Shown here in pieces: positions 24,752 through 38,509 of a DNA stretch of 64,000 bases. This stretch comes from Mobula hypostoma (lineage: Eukaryota), in contig NC_086108.1 in assembly GCF_963921235.1 (NCBI RefSeq), positions 9,858,001 through 9,922,000 of the forward strand. The letters run 5' to 3'. The notes under the pieces were generated by a model. That model was not told where the DNA came from, ran no database searches, and worked only from the letters and a program-made list of their open reading frames with translations. Every line of letters starts with the position of its first letter. The first letter of the stretch is position 1. A program made the position numbers and the translations under genes.

Positions 24752-25853
24752 ATGTAACCATATAATATAACCATATAACAATTACAGCACGGAAACAGGC
24801 CATCTCAGCCCTTCTAGTCTGTGCCGAACTCTTACTCTCTCCTAGTCACACCGACCTGCGCTCAGCCCATAACCCTCCATTCCTTTCCTGTCCATATATC
24901 TATCCAATTTAACTTTAAACCATAGAAACCATAGATACTACAGCACAGAAACAGGCCTTTTGGCCCTTCTTGGCTGTGCTGAACCATTTTCTGCCTAGTC
25001 CCACTGACCTGCACACGGACCATATCCCTCCATACACCTCCCATCCATATATCTGTCCAATTTATTCTTAAATGTTAAAAAAGAACCCGCATTTACCACC
25101 TCATCTGGCAGCTCATTCCATACTCCCACCACTCTCTGTGTGAAGAAGCCCCCCCTAATGTTCCCTTTAAACTTTTCCCCCCTCACCCTTAACCCATGTC
25201 CTCTGGTTTTTTTCTCCCCTTGCCTTAGTGGAAAAAGCCTGCTTGCATTCACTATATCTATACCCATCATAATTTTATATACCTCTATCAAATCTCCCCT
25301 CATTCTTCTATACTCCAGGGAATAAAGTCCTAACCTATTCAACCTTTCTCTGTAACTGAGTTTCTCAAGTCCCGGCAACATCCTTGTAAACCTTCTCTGC
25401 ACTCTTTCAACCTTATTTATATCCTTCCTGTAATTTGGTGACCAAAACTGAACACAATACTCCAGATTCGGCCTCACCAATACCTTATACAACCTCATCA
25501 TCGACAACATCGAACCTACCTCAACCACTTCTGCTGGAAGCTCGTTCCACACACCTATCACTCTCTGAGTAAAGAAGTTCCTCCTCATGTTACCCCTAAA
25601 CTTTTGTCCTTTAACTCTCAACTAATGTCCTCTTGTTTTAATCTTCCCCATTCTCAATGGAAAAAGCCTATCCACGTCAACTCTATCTATCCCCCTCATA
25701 ATTTTAAATACCTCTATCAAGTCCTCCCTCAACCTTCTACGCTCCAAAGAATAAAGACCCAACTTGTTCAACCTTTCTCTGTAACTTAGGAGATGAAACC
25801 CAGGTAACATTCTAGTAAATCTCCTCTGTACTCTCTCAATTTTATTGACATCT
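24752..25853 (-). mobile_element. Two nested CR1 3' fragments
   Basis: The host (24752-24918 and 25501-25853) is the same family as 435-920. A second CR1 family (~24919-25500, with its own CATAGAAAC tail) is inserted into it. Confidence 0.9.
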
Positions 25854-25897
25854 TGTATGATTGAATGATAATTAAACTTGATTTTGAATTTGAATTT

Positions 25898-27060
25898 TGC
25901 CGTATGGTTTGGAGGTTTGCGTACCTCAATGACTCGGGGAGCTATGTTGTCTGGAGTCAGGGCTTTGTGTTTTGGCTCTTGGTTGGGTCACCCATGCCAA
26001 ACAGGTCAAAGGGTAGAGGGCAGACTAAGAGTGGTCCACTGGTCCTCCAGGTTTGGAGGTTCAGCTCAGGGCTGACAACACTGACTGGTCAAGCAAAACT
26101 GTTACAGAAACAGCAATGAAGAATCTTTCTACATCTGAGTGCGATGGTATTCCTGAGTCTCCACCCGGGACTTGTGTGACTGACAGGAGTGAAAACCGAG
26201 AGGAATTTACTGACATGATGAAGGAAGCCCTGAACACCGCCAGAGATAGAGGACCTTCATTGTTGCCCCAAACACCAGCGGTGTAACTGGCAGTAAGTAC
26301 GTAAGTAATAGACACAGCCTGACCTGCTCAGCTCCTCCAGCATTTTGTGTGTGTCACTCAAGATTTCCAATAGCTGCAGAACCTCTTGTGTTTATGGTAT
26401 GTGGAGCCCACTGCCAGAGGACGTGGTGGAATCAGACATAATTATTACAGCTCAGCAATTTAAAAAGGTAGGTCCCATGTGCCCCAAGTGACAGGTTTTA
26501 AGGTGCCAGTAATCCGACTTTGCCCCTTCTCCTGTCAGTAGAAAGAGTTCTGCTGGGCTTAGTAGCGAAGCCACTTGTGAAGGCCAGGAGCTGTTTGAGA
26601 TGCGTGCCATTGGGAGCATTTACTAGGTAGTGGGAGCTTATCCACACGCCTACACACCCCTCTGGCAATGACAATTGGGACTCGTCAGCCGTGGTTGGCA
26701 CCTCATCTTGGAGAGGGAAAACTCTGATCTCAAACCTCCGCTGCCTTGCGGCTAGACCCACTCATGGGGAAGACATCGGGGAATAAACCCCAGAGGGAAA
26801 AATCTGGAGTCCCTGAGGTAGTCCTATGTTGACTTCAACACTGACTAGAAACCCCTGTGAAGCTGTCAGTGCCAAACTGAATCAGTCCCCGCCGTTCCTT
26901 TGGGTTCGTCAGCTGCGTGGAGAGAGGAAGCCTACTGCATGGGCAACAGCTTGCTCATCATTTCATACAGTACTGGCTTACGTATTGAATGTAGAGAGAT
27001 GGGATGCAACATTCATGGTCGACCCCCACTTACAGAGAACCTCAGAGAAGAAAGGAACCA
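25898..27060 (+). mobile_element. Probable RTE-related non-coding fragments (25898-26300 and ~26480-27060)
   Basis: Resembles the 5' regions of fish RTE elements (GGTCACCCATGCCAAACAGGTCAAAGGG; GAGAGGGAAAACTCTGATCTCAAACC). No diagnostic protein motif. Confidence 0.4.
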
Positions 27061-27369
27061 TTTGCAGCCAAATGTTATTAGTTTGGATGGGCAAAAGGGC
27101 TGGCACAGATGTGTTAGGCTGCAGAACTTGTTTCTGTGCTATGGAACTCAGTGACCCCGACATTGGCACACTGAGTGTCTTCAGCAGAAGACAAGGGTTG
27201 GGGTCAAAGAGAGAGTCAGAACAGATGTGTTAACGGTCTCTCTGCTTTGAACAATCACGTCAAGGTCAAGCTCTGGGCATTCTGATCCTGTCTCTGAGCT
27301 GAGGTCCAGTGGACTGTTCCACGTTCTGCACCTACACGTAAGCCACAATACTTGAGATGGAACACAATT

Positions 27370-29790
27370 GTAATGGGTGACTTCACTATGCAAAGGGATT
27401 GGGAAAATCAGGTTTGTGTCAGATCGCAAGAGAGGGAATTGTTGAATGTCTACGAGATGTCTTTTTAGAGCAGCTTTTGCTTGAGCCTACTCGGGGAAAG
27501 GCTAACTTAGGGTGTCGTGTAATAACCTGGATCTTATTAGGGAGCTTAACGTAAAGGAACACTTAGGAGGCAGTGATCATAATATGATTGAATTCATGCT
27601 GCAATTTGAGAGGGAAAAGCATAAGTCACATGTTTCAGTATAGAAATGGAATAAAGTGACATTACAGAGGCATGGGAGAGGAGTTGCCCAGGTGGACTGG
27701 AGGAGGACACCGGTGGGGATGACAGCAGAGCAGAGATGACTGAAGTTTCTGGAAATAGTTCACAAGGCACAGGATGGATATGACCCACAGAAGAAGGTCT
27801 CAAATGACAGGAGTAGGCAACTATGGCTGACAAAGGAAGTTAAGGACTGCTTAAAAGCCAAGGAAAGGGCATGTAAGGTAGCAAAAGTGAGTGGAAAGTT
27901 GGATGATTGGGAAGCTTTTAAAATCCAACAAAAGGCAACTAAAAAAGCTATAAGAAGTGGAAAGATGAAATATGAGGGCAAAATATCCAATAATATAAAG
28001 CAGGATACCAAAAGTTTTTCAGTTATATAAAGAGTAGAAAGGAAATGAGAATTGATATTGGACCACTGGAAAATGAAGCTGGTGAGGTAGTAATGGGGGA
28101 CAAAGAAATGGCAGATGAACTTAATGGGTACTTTGCATCTGTCTTCACTGTGGAAGACACTGGCAGTGTGCCAGAGGTCCATGAGTGTCAGGCAGGAGTG
28201 ACGCCATTGCTATTACAAAGGAAAAAGCGCGAGGCAAACTGAAAGGTCTTAAGGTGGATAAGTCACCTGAAACAGATGGTCTGCATCCCTGAGTCCTGGG
28301 AGAGGTTGCTGAAGAGATAATAGATGCATTGGTCACGATCTTTTAAGAATCACTTGATTCTAGCATAGGACTGGAATATTGCAAATGTCACTCCACTCTT
28401 TAAGAAGGGAGGAAGGCAAAAGAAAGGAAATTTTTGGCCAGTTAGCCTAACTTCAATGGTTAGGAAAATGTTGGAGTATATTAACTATGAGGTTTCAGGG
28501 TAATTGGAGACTAATGATAAAATAAGTCAAAGTCAGCATGGTTTCTGTCAAGGGAAATCTTGCCTGACAAATCTGTTAAGTAACATGCAGTGTGGACAAA
28601 TGGGAGGCAGGGGATGTTACTTACTTGGATTTTCAGAAGGCATTTGATAAGGTGCCACACGTGAGGCTGCTTAACAAGATAAAATCCTATGGCCTTACAG
28701 AAGAGATACTGACATGGATAGAGGAATGGCTGACAGGCAGGAGGCAATGAATGGGAATAAAGGGGGCCTTTTCTGGTTGGCTGTTGGTGACTAGTGGTGT
28801 TTCTTAGGGGTCAGTATTGGGATCGCTACTTTTCACATTGTTTGTCAATAATTTAGATAAGGGAATTGATGGTTTTACGGCAAAGTTTGCAGATGATACA
28901 AAGATGAGTGGAGGGGTAGGCAGTGCTGAGGAAGAAATGCGATTGCAGCAGGACTTAGACAACTTGGTAGAATGGGCAAAAATGTGGCATATGGAAAACA
29001 GTGTTGGGAAATATATATGATAATGCATTTTGATAAAAGGAACAATAGTGCAGACTATTATCTAAATGGGGAGAAGCTTCAAATATCAGAGATGCAGAGG
29101 GACTTAGGAGTCCTTGTGCAAGACTCCCAGAAGGTTAATTCACAGGTTAAGTCTGTGGTAAAGAAGGCGAATACAATGTTGCCATTTATTTCAAGGGGAA
29201 TAGAATATAAAAGCAAGGAGATAGTGCTGAGGCTTTATAAGACACTAGTCAGGCCACACTTGAAGTATTGACAACAGTACTGGGCCCCATATTTCAGAAA
29301 GGATGTATTGTCATTGGAGGGAGTCCAGAGAGTTTCATGGGGATGATTCCGGGAATGAAGGGGTTAACATAGGAGGAGAGTTTGGCAACTTTGGGCCTGT
29401 ACTCACTGGAATTTAGAAGAATGTGTGGGGATCTCATTGAAACCTACCAAATGTTGAAAGAACTAGATAAGGTGGATGTGGAGAGGATGTTTCCTGTGGT
29501 GGGGGTATCCAAAACTAGAGGGCACAGATTCAAAATTGAGGGGCAACATTTTAGAACAGCGACAAGAGGAATTTTTTTAGGCAGAGAGTAGTGACTGCCA
29601 CAGATTGTAGTGAAGGTCAAGTCTGTGGGGATATTTAAGGCAGAAGTTGATCATTTCCTGATCGATCAGGGCAACAAACGATCTGGTGAGAAGGCAGGTG
29701 TTTAGGGTTGAGTGGGATCTGGGATCAGTCATGATGGAATGGCAGAGTAGACTCGATGGGAGAAATCATTTAATTCTACTGCTATGTCTG
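27370..29790 (+). mobile_element. 5'-truncated, decayed CR1 LINE
   Basis: SDHNMIEF, DKSP, SQHGF, DFQKAFDKV, KFADDTK and LGLYSLEF motifs in order, with many stops. Confidence 0.92.
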
Positions 29791-29798
29791 CTGGTCTA

Positions 29799-29856
29799 AC
29801 ACACAGACACACAGACACAAACAGACACACACACACAAACAGACACACAGAAACAC

Positions 29857-29897
<41 letters not shown>

Positions 29898-29970
29898 ACA
29901 AACAGACACACACACATAGGCACACACAGACACACAGAAACACAGACACACACGCACACGCACACAGACA

Positions 29971-30007
<37 letters not shown>

Positions 30008-30300
30008 ACACAGACACACAAACAGAGACAGACAGGCGCGCGCGCACACACGCACACAGACACACACACACACACACAGACAAACAGACAGGCACACACA
30101 CACACAGATACACAGGCAGAGAGACACACAGACACACAGAAACACACACACACAGACACACAAACACAGATAAACAGACAGGCGCGCGCGCACACGCACA
30201 CAGACACACACACACACAGATACACAGGCAGAGAGACACACAGACACACAGAAACACAAACACACACAGACACACATACACAGACAAACAGACACACAGG

Positions 30301-30332
<32 letters not shown>

Positions 30333-30565
30333 AACAGACAGGCACACACACACACACACAGATACACACAGACAGACACACACACACAAATGCGTCACAC
30401 AGATATACACACAGACAGACAGATACAGAGAGAGACACACACACACAGATGCACACATACACACACACACACACTCACACACACATACACACAGGCAGAC
30501 AGAGAGAGACACACACATACACACAGACAGACAAACAGACACACACACACACACACACACACACG

Positions 30566-30605
<40 letters not shown>

Positions 30606-30661
30606 TTCACACAGACAGACACACACACACACACGCATACACACACACACACACACACATG

Positions 30662-30740
<79 letters not shown>

Positions 30741-30920
30741 ACACACATACACACACACACACACACACATACACACTCACACACACATACACACAGGCAG
30801 ACAGAGAGAGACACACACATACACACAGACAGACAAACAGACACACACACACACACTCATACAGCACAGAGACACACAGGCAGACAGAGAGAGAGACACA
30901 CACAGATGCACACACACACC
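29799..30920. repeat. Compound (CA)n/(CAGA)n microsatellite
   Basis: About 1.1 kb of interrupted CA repeat. Confidence 0.98.
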
Positions 30921-31306
30921 TGTACAATATCAACAGTTTTAAATTCAGAGAGCAGGTTTCTCAAATGTCAATTATCTGTTTTTTTTAATCCTCGGAAGCT
31001 CCACGTACGTCTGAAGGGGCTTCTGAGGTGGGGGTGAGCCACCAGTGAGATGTGAGTGTACATGACACAGGTCCAAGGAAGAGTTGTCATGGTTACTTCT
31101 GGCTTTCATCTGTCACATACTGCAGTCATTTCAGTCCTAGGTAGAGCAACGGGGAACATCAAGGCGAATATATCAAGTTCTTTGTGACAGAGAGTGATGT
31201 TTCATTGTATTAGAGACAATCTCTGTGCTTTTTTCACTGGGAGGGGAAGTGAATGAGAGGTATCCATCTGCTAACTCTCTTTTCCAATTGCTTTTTGTCC
31301 TTACAG

Positions 31307-31416
31307 GAGTTGGGTTTTAGAGTGAAGACCTTTTATCCTCCAGCTTCACGTCCATCCAGATGACCTTGGACAGCAAAGGCGAGCAGGCTATTCAACTGCA
31401 GAGACACCCCAGTCAG
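31307..31416 (+). other. Candidate host-gene exon, product unidentified
   Basis: Branch-point-like CTAAC at 31271, pyrimidine tract and TTACAG acceptor. ATG at 31360 opens MTLDSKGEQAIQLQRHPSQ up to a weak CAG|GTTGAT donor. Lies in sequence that does not look repetitive. Confidence 0.4.
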
Positions 31417-31529
31417 GTTGATCTGTTAACTGACAGTCGCTTGTAGAGGGACTGGGAAAGGGCAGAGGGGTGCAAAGTAGACTCGCACAGCCACTGAATT
31501 ATGCAGGATAGATAAAAGATATTCTCCAT

Positions 31530-31880
31530 TCTTGTTTCCCTCTCACATCTTATCTCCTTACCTACCCATCATCTCCCCCTGCCCCATCTTCCATAGTCTT
31601 CTGTCCTCTCCTATCAGACTCCCCTTCTCCAGCCCTGGATCTCTTCCACCAATCAACTTCCAGCTCTTTACTGCACCCCTCCTCCTCTGCCGGTTCCACC
31701 AATCACCTGCCACCTTGTACTTCTTCCTCCCCTTCCCCCACCTTCCTACTCCGACTTCTTCCCTTCCGTTCCAGCTCTCGGTCTGAAACATCGACTGTTT
31801 ATTCCCCTCCACAGGTGCTGCTGGTGTGCTGAGCTCCTTCGGCCCACTGCGGCTATTGCTCTGGATCGCCAGCATCTGCT
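31530..31880 (+). mobile_element. Penelope-like 3' tail/pseudo-LTR remnant
   Basis: Same pyrimidine-rich tail and GAAACATCGAC...GCTGAG motif as 7300-7620 and 59470-59810. Confidence 0.65.
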
Positions 31881-32278
31881 TTACCTCCTGTACATGAATA
31901 AAGGCCCTTCTGCCCAACAGGTTAATACTAACCAATTTATGCTGGTGATATTAAACTGCCTGGATATGGTCCTCACTCCTCTGAACCTTTCCTACCCATG
32001 CTGTCTGTTAAATGTTGTTAATATATCAGAAGCCCTCCCCGCCATTGAGCACATCTACACGGGGTGCTGTCGCAGGAAAGCATTATCCATCGTCAGGGAC
32101 CCCCCCCCCCAACCCAGCTCATGGTCTCTTCTCATTGCTGCCATCAGGAAGAAGGTACAGCAGCCTCAGTACCCAACCACTAGTTTCAGGAACAGTTAAT
32201 ACTCCTTAACCATCAGGCTCCTGATCAAAAGGGGACAACTTCACTCACCCCATCACTGACTGTTCCCATGAACTACGG

Positions 32279-33063
32279 CAGGGGTCCCCAACCCTTTTTG
32301 CACCGCAGACCGGTTTAATATTGACAATATTCTTGCGGACCGTCCGGCCGGGCGGGTGTTCAAGTGGGGTTAAACTCACCTCAACATGTCTCTTACGGTT
32401 AGGGTTGCCAACTTTCTCACTCCCAAATAAGGGACAAAAGTAGCAGTCAAATCCCGGGACACATTACCCCAGGAAAGACTACCATGACCATGAAGCCTTG
32501 TGCGGGCACCTGTGTGCGCATGTGATGTGCACATATGTGACACGTGCATGCACGTACGTGCCGATTTTGTTTCCCCACAAATCGGTTTTGCCTTAATCTT
32601 CCTGACTATACTGCACATACATTATTTCTACTTTATATAGGCTGTGTATTTATCATATCATTACTGCCTTTACTATATGTTAGTGTTATTTTAGGTTTTA
32701 TGTGTTATTTGGTATGTTTTAGTAGGTTATTTTTTGGGTCTGGGAACGCTCAAAAATTTCCCCCCTATAAATTAATGGTAATTGCTTCTTCGTTTTACGC
32801 CATTTTGTCATGAACGGTTTCATAGGAACGCTCTACCTTAGCTGGGGAAATACAGGACAATGGCGCATGGGACAAACCAATTTAGCCCAATATACGGGAT
32901 GTCCTGGCAAATACGGGACAGTTGGCAACCCTATGTTCTAGATCAACAGTGAGTGACAGGGAATGAGGAAAGGTGCAGCTGACTCATATCGTTTCCTCGC
33001 GGCCCGGTAGCACGTGCTTTGCGGCTCGGTACCGGTCCGCGGCCCGGTGGTTGGGGACCGCTG
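32279..33063. mobile_element. Non-autonomous hAT (Charlie-like) element with 8-bp TSD, composite
   Basis: TIRs CAGGGGTCCCCAACC...GGTTGGGGACCGCTG. AACTACGG TSD at 32271-32278 and 33064-33071. Inserted in a Rex1 3' fragment. Confidence 0.92.
32400..32933. mobile_element. Inner hAT-type MITE
   Basis: Perfect 14-bp TIRs TAGGGTTGCCAACT and AGTTGGCAACCCTA, with subterminal CGGGAC/GGGACA repeats. Confidence 0.8.
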
Positions 33064-33749
33064 AACTACGGACATGAAGAGGACTCTTCATCTCATGTTC
33101 TCAATATTTACGCTTACTTATTTATTATTATTTCTTTCTTTTTGTCTTTGCACAGTTTGGTGTCTTCTTGACTCTGGCTGAATGCCCGAGTTGGGCGGTC
33201 TTTCACTGATTCTGTTATAGTTATTGTTCTATAGATATATTGAGTATGCCTGGAAGAAAATGAATCCCAGTGTTGTATATAGTGACATATATGTAATTTC
33301 ATTATAAATTTATTTTGAACTTTTTCGGATATTGCCTGACCTGCTGATTTCTGCAGCATTTAGTGAGTGTTGCTCTGGAGTTGCATAGTCCTGTTTTCCA
33401 GCTTGCTCTCTGCTTTGCCATCATAGAGTCACTTGGCTCAGCAGGGAGTGATTCAACCTATCACTGCTTGGTTCTCTGTGAGCAATAAGACATAGGAGCA
33501 GAACTAGGCCATTTTGTACTGTACTGTTCTTTAAGCAACTGGCACAGCCGGCAGTGTAGTGATTAGCACAGTGATTTACAAAATCTGCAATCCGGGTTCG
33601 TTTCCTGTCACAGTCTGTGAGGAGTTTATACACTCCTGCTCGCAAGAATCTCAGGGTTGGTGATGTATATGTACTTTATAATAAATTTATTTCGAACTTT
33701 GCATCAACCACTTCCTCTGGCAGCCAATTCCATTTTATACAGCAGAATG

Positions 33750-34770
33750 TACCCCATCTCAAAGTCACATCGAGGAATAAATCATACCATATCCCATCCC
33801 AGATTCACATTGAGGAATAAATCATACCATATCCCATCCCACAGTCACATCATGGAATTATCATACTGTATCCCACCCCGCAGTCACATCGTGGAATAAT
33901 TGTACCATATCCCATCCCACAGACACATTGTGGAATAATCATACCGTATTCCATCCCCCAGTCACATCGTGGAATAAATCATACCGTATCCCATCTCACA
34001 GTCACATCGTAGAATAAATCATACTGTATCCCATCCCAGAGTCACATTGAGGAATAAACCAGACTGTATCCCACCCCGCAGTCACATCATGGAATAATCA
34101 TACCATATCCCATCCCACAGACACATTGTGGAATAATCATACCGTATTCTAATGAGACTGGAATACACATCATGGAATAATCATACCGTATCCCATCCCA
34201 CAGTCACATCATGGAATAATCATACCGTATCCCATCCCACAGTCACATCGTGGAATAAATCATACTGTATCCCATCCCACAGTCACATCGTGGAATAATC
34301 ATACCACATTCCATCCCACAGTCACATCGAGGAATAAATCATACCGTATCCCATCCCACAGTCACATCGTGGAATAAATCATACCATATCCCATCCCACA
34401 GTCACATCGTGGAATAATCATACCACATTCCATCCCACGGTCACATCGAGGAATAAATCATACCGTATCCCATCCCACAGTCACATCGTGGAATAATCAT
34501 ACCGTATCCCATCCCACAGTCACATCGTGGAATAATCATACCACATTCCATCCCACAGTCACATCGAGGAATAATCATACTGTATCCCATCTCACAGTCA
34601 CATCATGGAATAATCATACCGTATCCCATCCCACAGACACATTGTGGAATAATCATACCGTATTCTAATGAGACTGGAATACACATCGTGGAATAATCAT
34701 ACCGTATCCCATCTCACAGTCACATCGTGGAATAATCATACTGTATCCCATCCCAGGATCACAGTGAGGA
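33750..34770. repeat. 39-40-bp minisatellite (~25 copies)
   Basis: Unit GGAATAA(A)TCATACCGTATCCCATCCCACAGTCACATCGT. Confidence 0.96.
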
Positions 34771-36371
34771 ATTTTGAGAACTAGGACATGGAAAAAATAT
34801 GAATCCCAGATGATGTGCTTCGAACTGGGGGATGATTTACAGGGATTGGAGGTTTGGTCTAGTTAGAAACAAGTGATAATTTTAACATAATATTTATAAT
34901 TCAAAGATTGAAGAAGTGCCTCTTCGTCTCCAGTGATGTCTATGAATTGTCCTTAAACCTGCGAACTGTACCTTGCTACTCTCTTTTTTTGCACCATTTG
35001 TTCATGATTAGAATCATAGTCACTATGCTTATCATCGACCTATGCTGTGATATTTGTTGTTGCACAAAATATGCCATAAATTACAATAAGAAACGTGGAG
35101 GTTGACCTGGTGTTTGGATGATTTAAATGCCGGCCCAGATAAATGGGAAAGGGAGGTTGTCGGGACCGGAGATGGGGATCGGATCAATTCCGCTCGCTCT
35201 TCCATGATGTTCACTCCTCTCTCCGTGGCGCTGAGTCTGTGAGATTGCTCCGCCTGCTACGCACTTTGTGTCTGTGAGCTTCATAATGACTTGTCCTGCT
35301 ACATAGTGAGCTGTGACCGAGGCTGGGCTGCTCCGGGATCCGGTCTATCGACTCAGTTTGGTTCGTAATGCTGTTGCTTTAATTGTTGCTGTGACCTCTC
35401 ATGGTCTGAGTCGACGTTCCCCCTCTCCCTCCCCTTTATTTTATCGTCTGCATGATTTGTAGTTTTTTCCCTCCTTGTCCACGCATTGGGTCTTGGTCTT
35501 TTTTAAATTGGGTTCTTTTGGGTTTCTTGCTTTGTGGCTGCCTGTAAGCAGACAAATCTCAAGGTTGTATAATTCACACATACTTTGATAATAAATGTAC
35601 TTTGATTCCTTTGAATATTTAAAAAGTAAAATAGTATTGCCATGCTGGATCTTTGGACCCAAACACAGAGACTCTGAAGGGTTAAACCAAACTAGGAATT
35701 TTGTTAATAAAACAAGGCAGTTGAATGTACAAGGTCTTGGATAACTTGGGATAATTTGGCCAGGACTACACTAAGCAAGGATCCAGACAACCATGCAAAC
35801 AAGAGGTTCATACTGCCCCTTTAGATACACCTCAGGGCATGAAAGAATCTGCGCCCAGCTGATAAAACCCCAGGCTGCTTGCAAGCTGACAAGTGACTGT
35901 TCTAATAGAATCAGAATTGGGTTTATTATCACCGACATGTGCTGTGAAATTTGTTAGCTTAGTGGCAACAGTTCAATGCAATACATAATATAGAAAGGAA
36001 AAAAAAATTAGAGGCAAACTCCTAGGATACTTAACTGGTCACCTGCAAAGTCCTGGAGAACTAATCGGAAGTATTCAAGGACGATTGCAACTTAAACGTG
36101 AAGTAGAGAAGACCATTGTGCATTCAGAAATTGGATGGCAGAGGAGAAAAAGCTGTTTTTGAATCGTTGAGTGTGTGCCTTCACAATTCTGTACCTCCTC
36201 CCTGATGGCAGCAATGAGAAGAGGGCATGTCCTGGGTGGTGGGGGTCCTTAATGACGGATGCTGCCTTTTTGGGGCAATTTTTTTCCAGATTTATAGTAA
36301 TATTTGTCATTTATAGTACTGCTGCTGCTGCAAAACAGAGCGAATTTCACATTGTATAAGGCTTTGTTAGC

Positions 36372-36572
36372 TGGCCGCTGGTGTAGTGATATCCTCACCA
36401 GACTTTGAAGGAGTGGTCCCAGCTTCGAGTCCGGACGGGCTTCTTGCACGCTTTCCATCCGTGCTGGGTTGAGCATCAAGCAAGCAACTTGGCCTCGTAA
36501 AAAAACCAGACAAAATGCAAAAGAAACGGCAAGGTTGCCACCCGATGCGCCACAAAGCGTGAGAGGAACAAC
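36372..36572 (+). mobile_element. tRNA-derived SINE
   Basis: A-box-like TGGTGTAGTGA and B-box-like CTTCGAGTCC at tRNA spacing, with an AAC-type tail. Confidence 0.55.
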
Positions 36573-38509
36573 GATAAGACACTGTTAGTTAGTAAAACTG
36601 ATTCTGATCCTGGTTCTAATTTGCTCACTTTTATTGTTTGCATGATTCATTTTATTTTCTCTCTGCGCATTGGGTGTTTGATGATCTTCTGCTTTTCTGG
36701 GTTCTTTTGGGTTTCCTTGTTTTGTGGCTGCCTGTTAGGAGACAAACCTCAAGGTTGTACAACGTATACATAATTTGATAATAAATGTACTTTGAACTTA
36801 ATGAATGTAGGGAAAGGAGGAGGCCAGGGAGATAAATCTCAGAGCCATGTTGGTCCACAAAATAACTTCAAGAACTTGAGTGCAAGATTAGCAGAGATAA
36901 CTCCAGGAAGTGGATGATTCCTCCCTGATTCCTGGGAAAAATGGTTCCGAGGTGAGCCCCTCCAGTAGTTGAAGGGAATCACCTTAACCCTGATGAGACC
37001 AGCCTCCTTGCGATATCCTTGGCAATATCAGAGCTAAATTATAAATCCAAAAGCCTTCCCTCTCATTACTCAATTACAAATTCCTGGGTGTCAATATCTC
37101 TGAGGATCTTTCCTGGGCCCAACATATCAACGCAGCTACAAAGAAAGCATGACGGCGACTATATTTCATTAGGAGCTTGAGGAGGTTTGGTATGTCACCA
37201 AGAACACTTACAAATTTCTGTAGATGTACTGTGGAAAGTATTTTAACTAGCTGCATCACCGTCTCGTTTGGGGGTCGCACAGAACTGAAGTAAGCTGCAG
37301 AGAGTTGTAAAACTAGTCAGCTCCATCATGGGCACCAGCCTCCGCAGTTCCCAGGACATCTTCTAGGAGCGATGCCTCAAAAAGCTGGCATCCAGCATCA
37401 AGGACCCCCATCACCCAGGACATGCCCTCTTCTTATTGTTACCATCAGGGAGGAGGTACAGGACCCTGAAGACACACACTCAGCGATTCAGGAACAGCTT
37501 CTTCCCCTCTGCCATCTGATTTCTGAATGGACATTGAACCCATGAACACTACCTCACTACTTTTTTCACTACTCATTTAATTTGACTATATATCTACGTA
37601 TATCTAAGTATATATACACATAACTTACGGTAATCCACAATTTTCCCTATTATTATGTATTGCTTTGCTGCTGCAAAGACAGCACATTTCATGACTAATG
37701 CCGGTGATATTTAAACTGATTCAGATTCTGATCTGAGTTATAGGGAAAGGCTGAATAGGGGAAATTTGATCGAGGTATATTAAATCATGAGGGGTATAGA
37801 TAGGGTAAATACAAGCAATGTTTTTCCACTGAGGGTGGGTGAGACTAGAACTAAAGGCTTTAAATCAGATATTAAACCTGATTCTGATTATCTGACTCAT
37901 TGGGCAGCATTTCCAGAGACCAGCATCCAAACAGGTGAAATCGTGGTTATCAGTGGTGACGTTTTTAGGCTTAGGCCTTGGAGGATAGGACAACAGAGAT
38001 TCCAGAAACAGGAAGGGATGGGTGAGCTGGCGTCAGTTTGATCATTGTGATGAGAGTTGAGGCATTTCTCAAGATAACAGAGGAATTGCATTGAAGGCAA
38101 GACAGGGATGTTTGAAGATGCCTGGGGCAAGATTGTGCATTAATGGAATAGGGACACGAAAGGTTAGACGCTGTTAGTCTGAAGGAAAGTCCACTCCTCT
38201 CCCAGTGTGGCTAATGTGCCCCCCCCCACCCCCAACAGCAAGAAGCAAATGTGATGGGCCAGGTGGCCTTATTCTCTGCCTATGTCTTATGGTATCAACT
38301 AGGTGTTCTCAAACCTGGGGTCCACAGATCCTTTGCTTCATGGTATTGGTCCATGGCATCAAAAACGTTGGGAACCCGTGGCCTAAATAAAGTTAAAAGC
38401 AATTCTATGGTCAAATATAGACTAACCACAGTACTTCAGCACACCAAAGGCTCTGTCACAATGTGCACTGGCGATATCGGAACCCAAGTGTGGAGGAACG
38501 TCAGACTGC

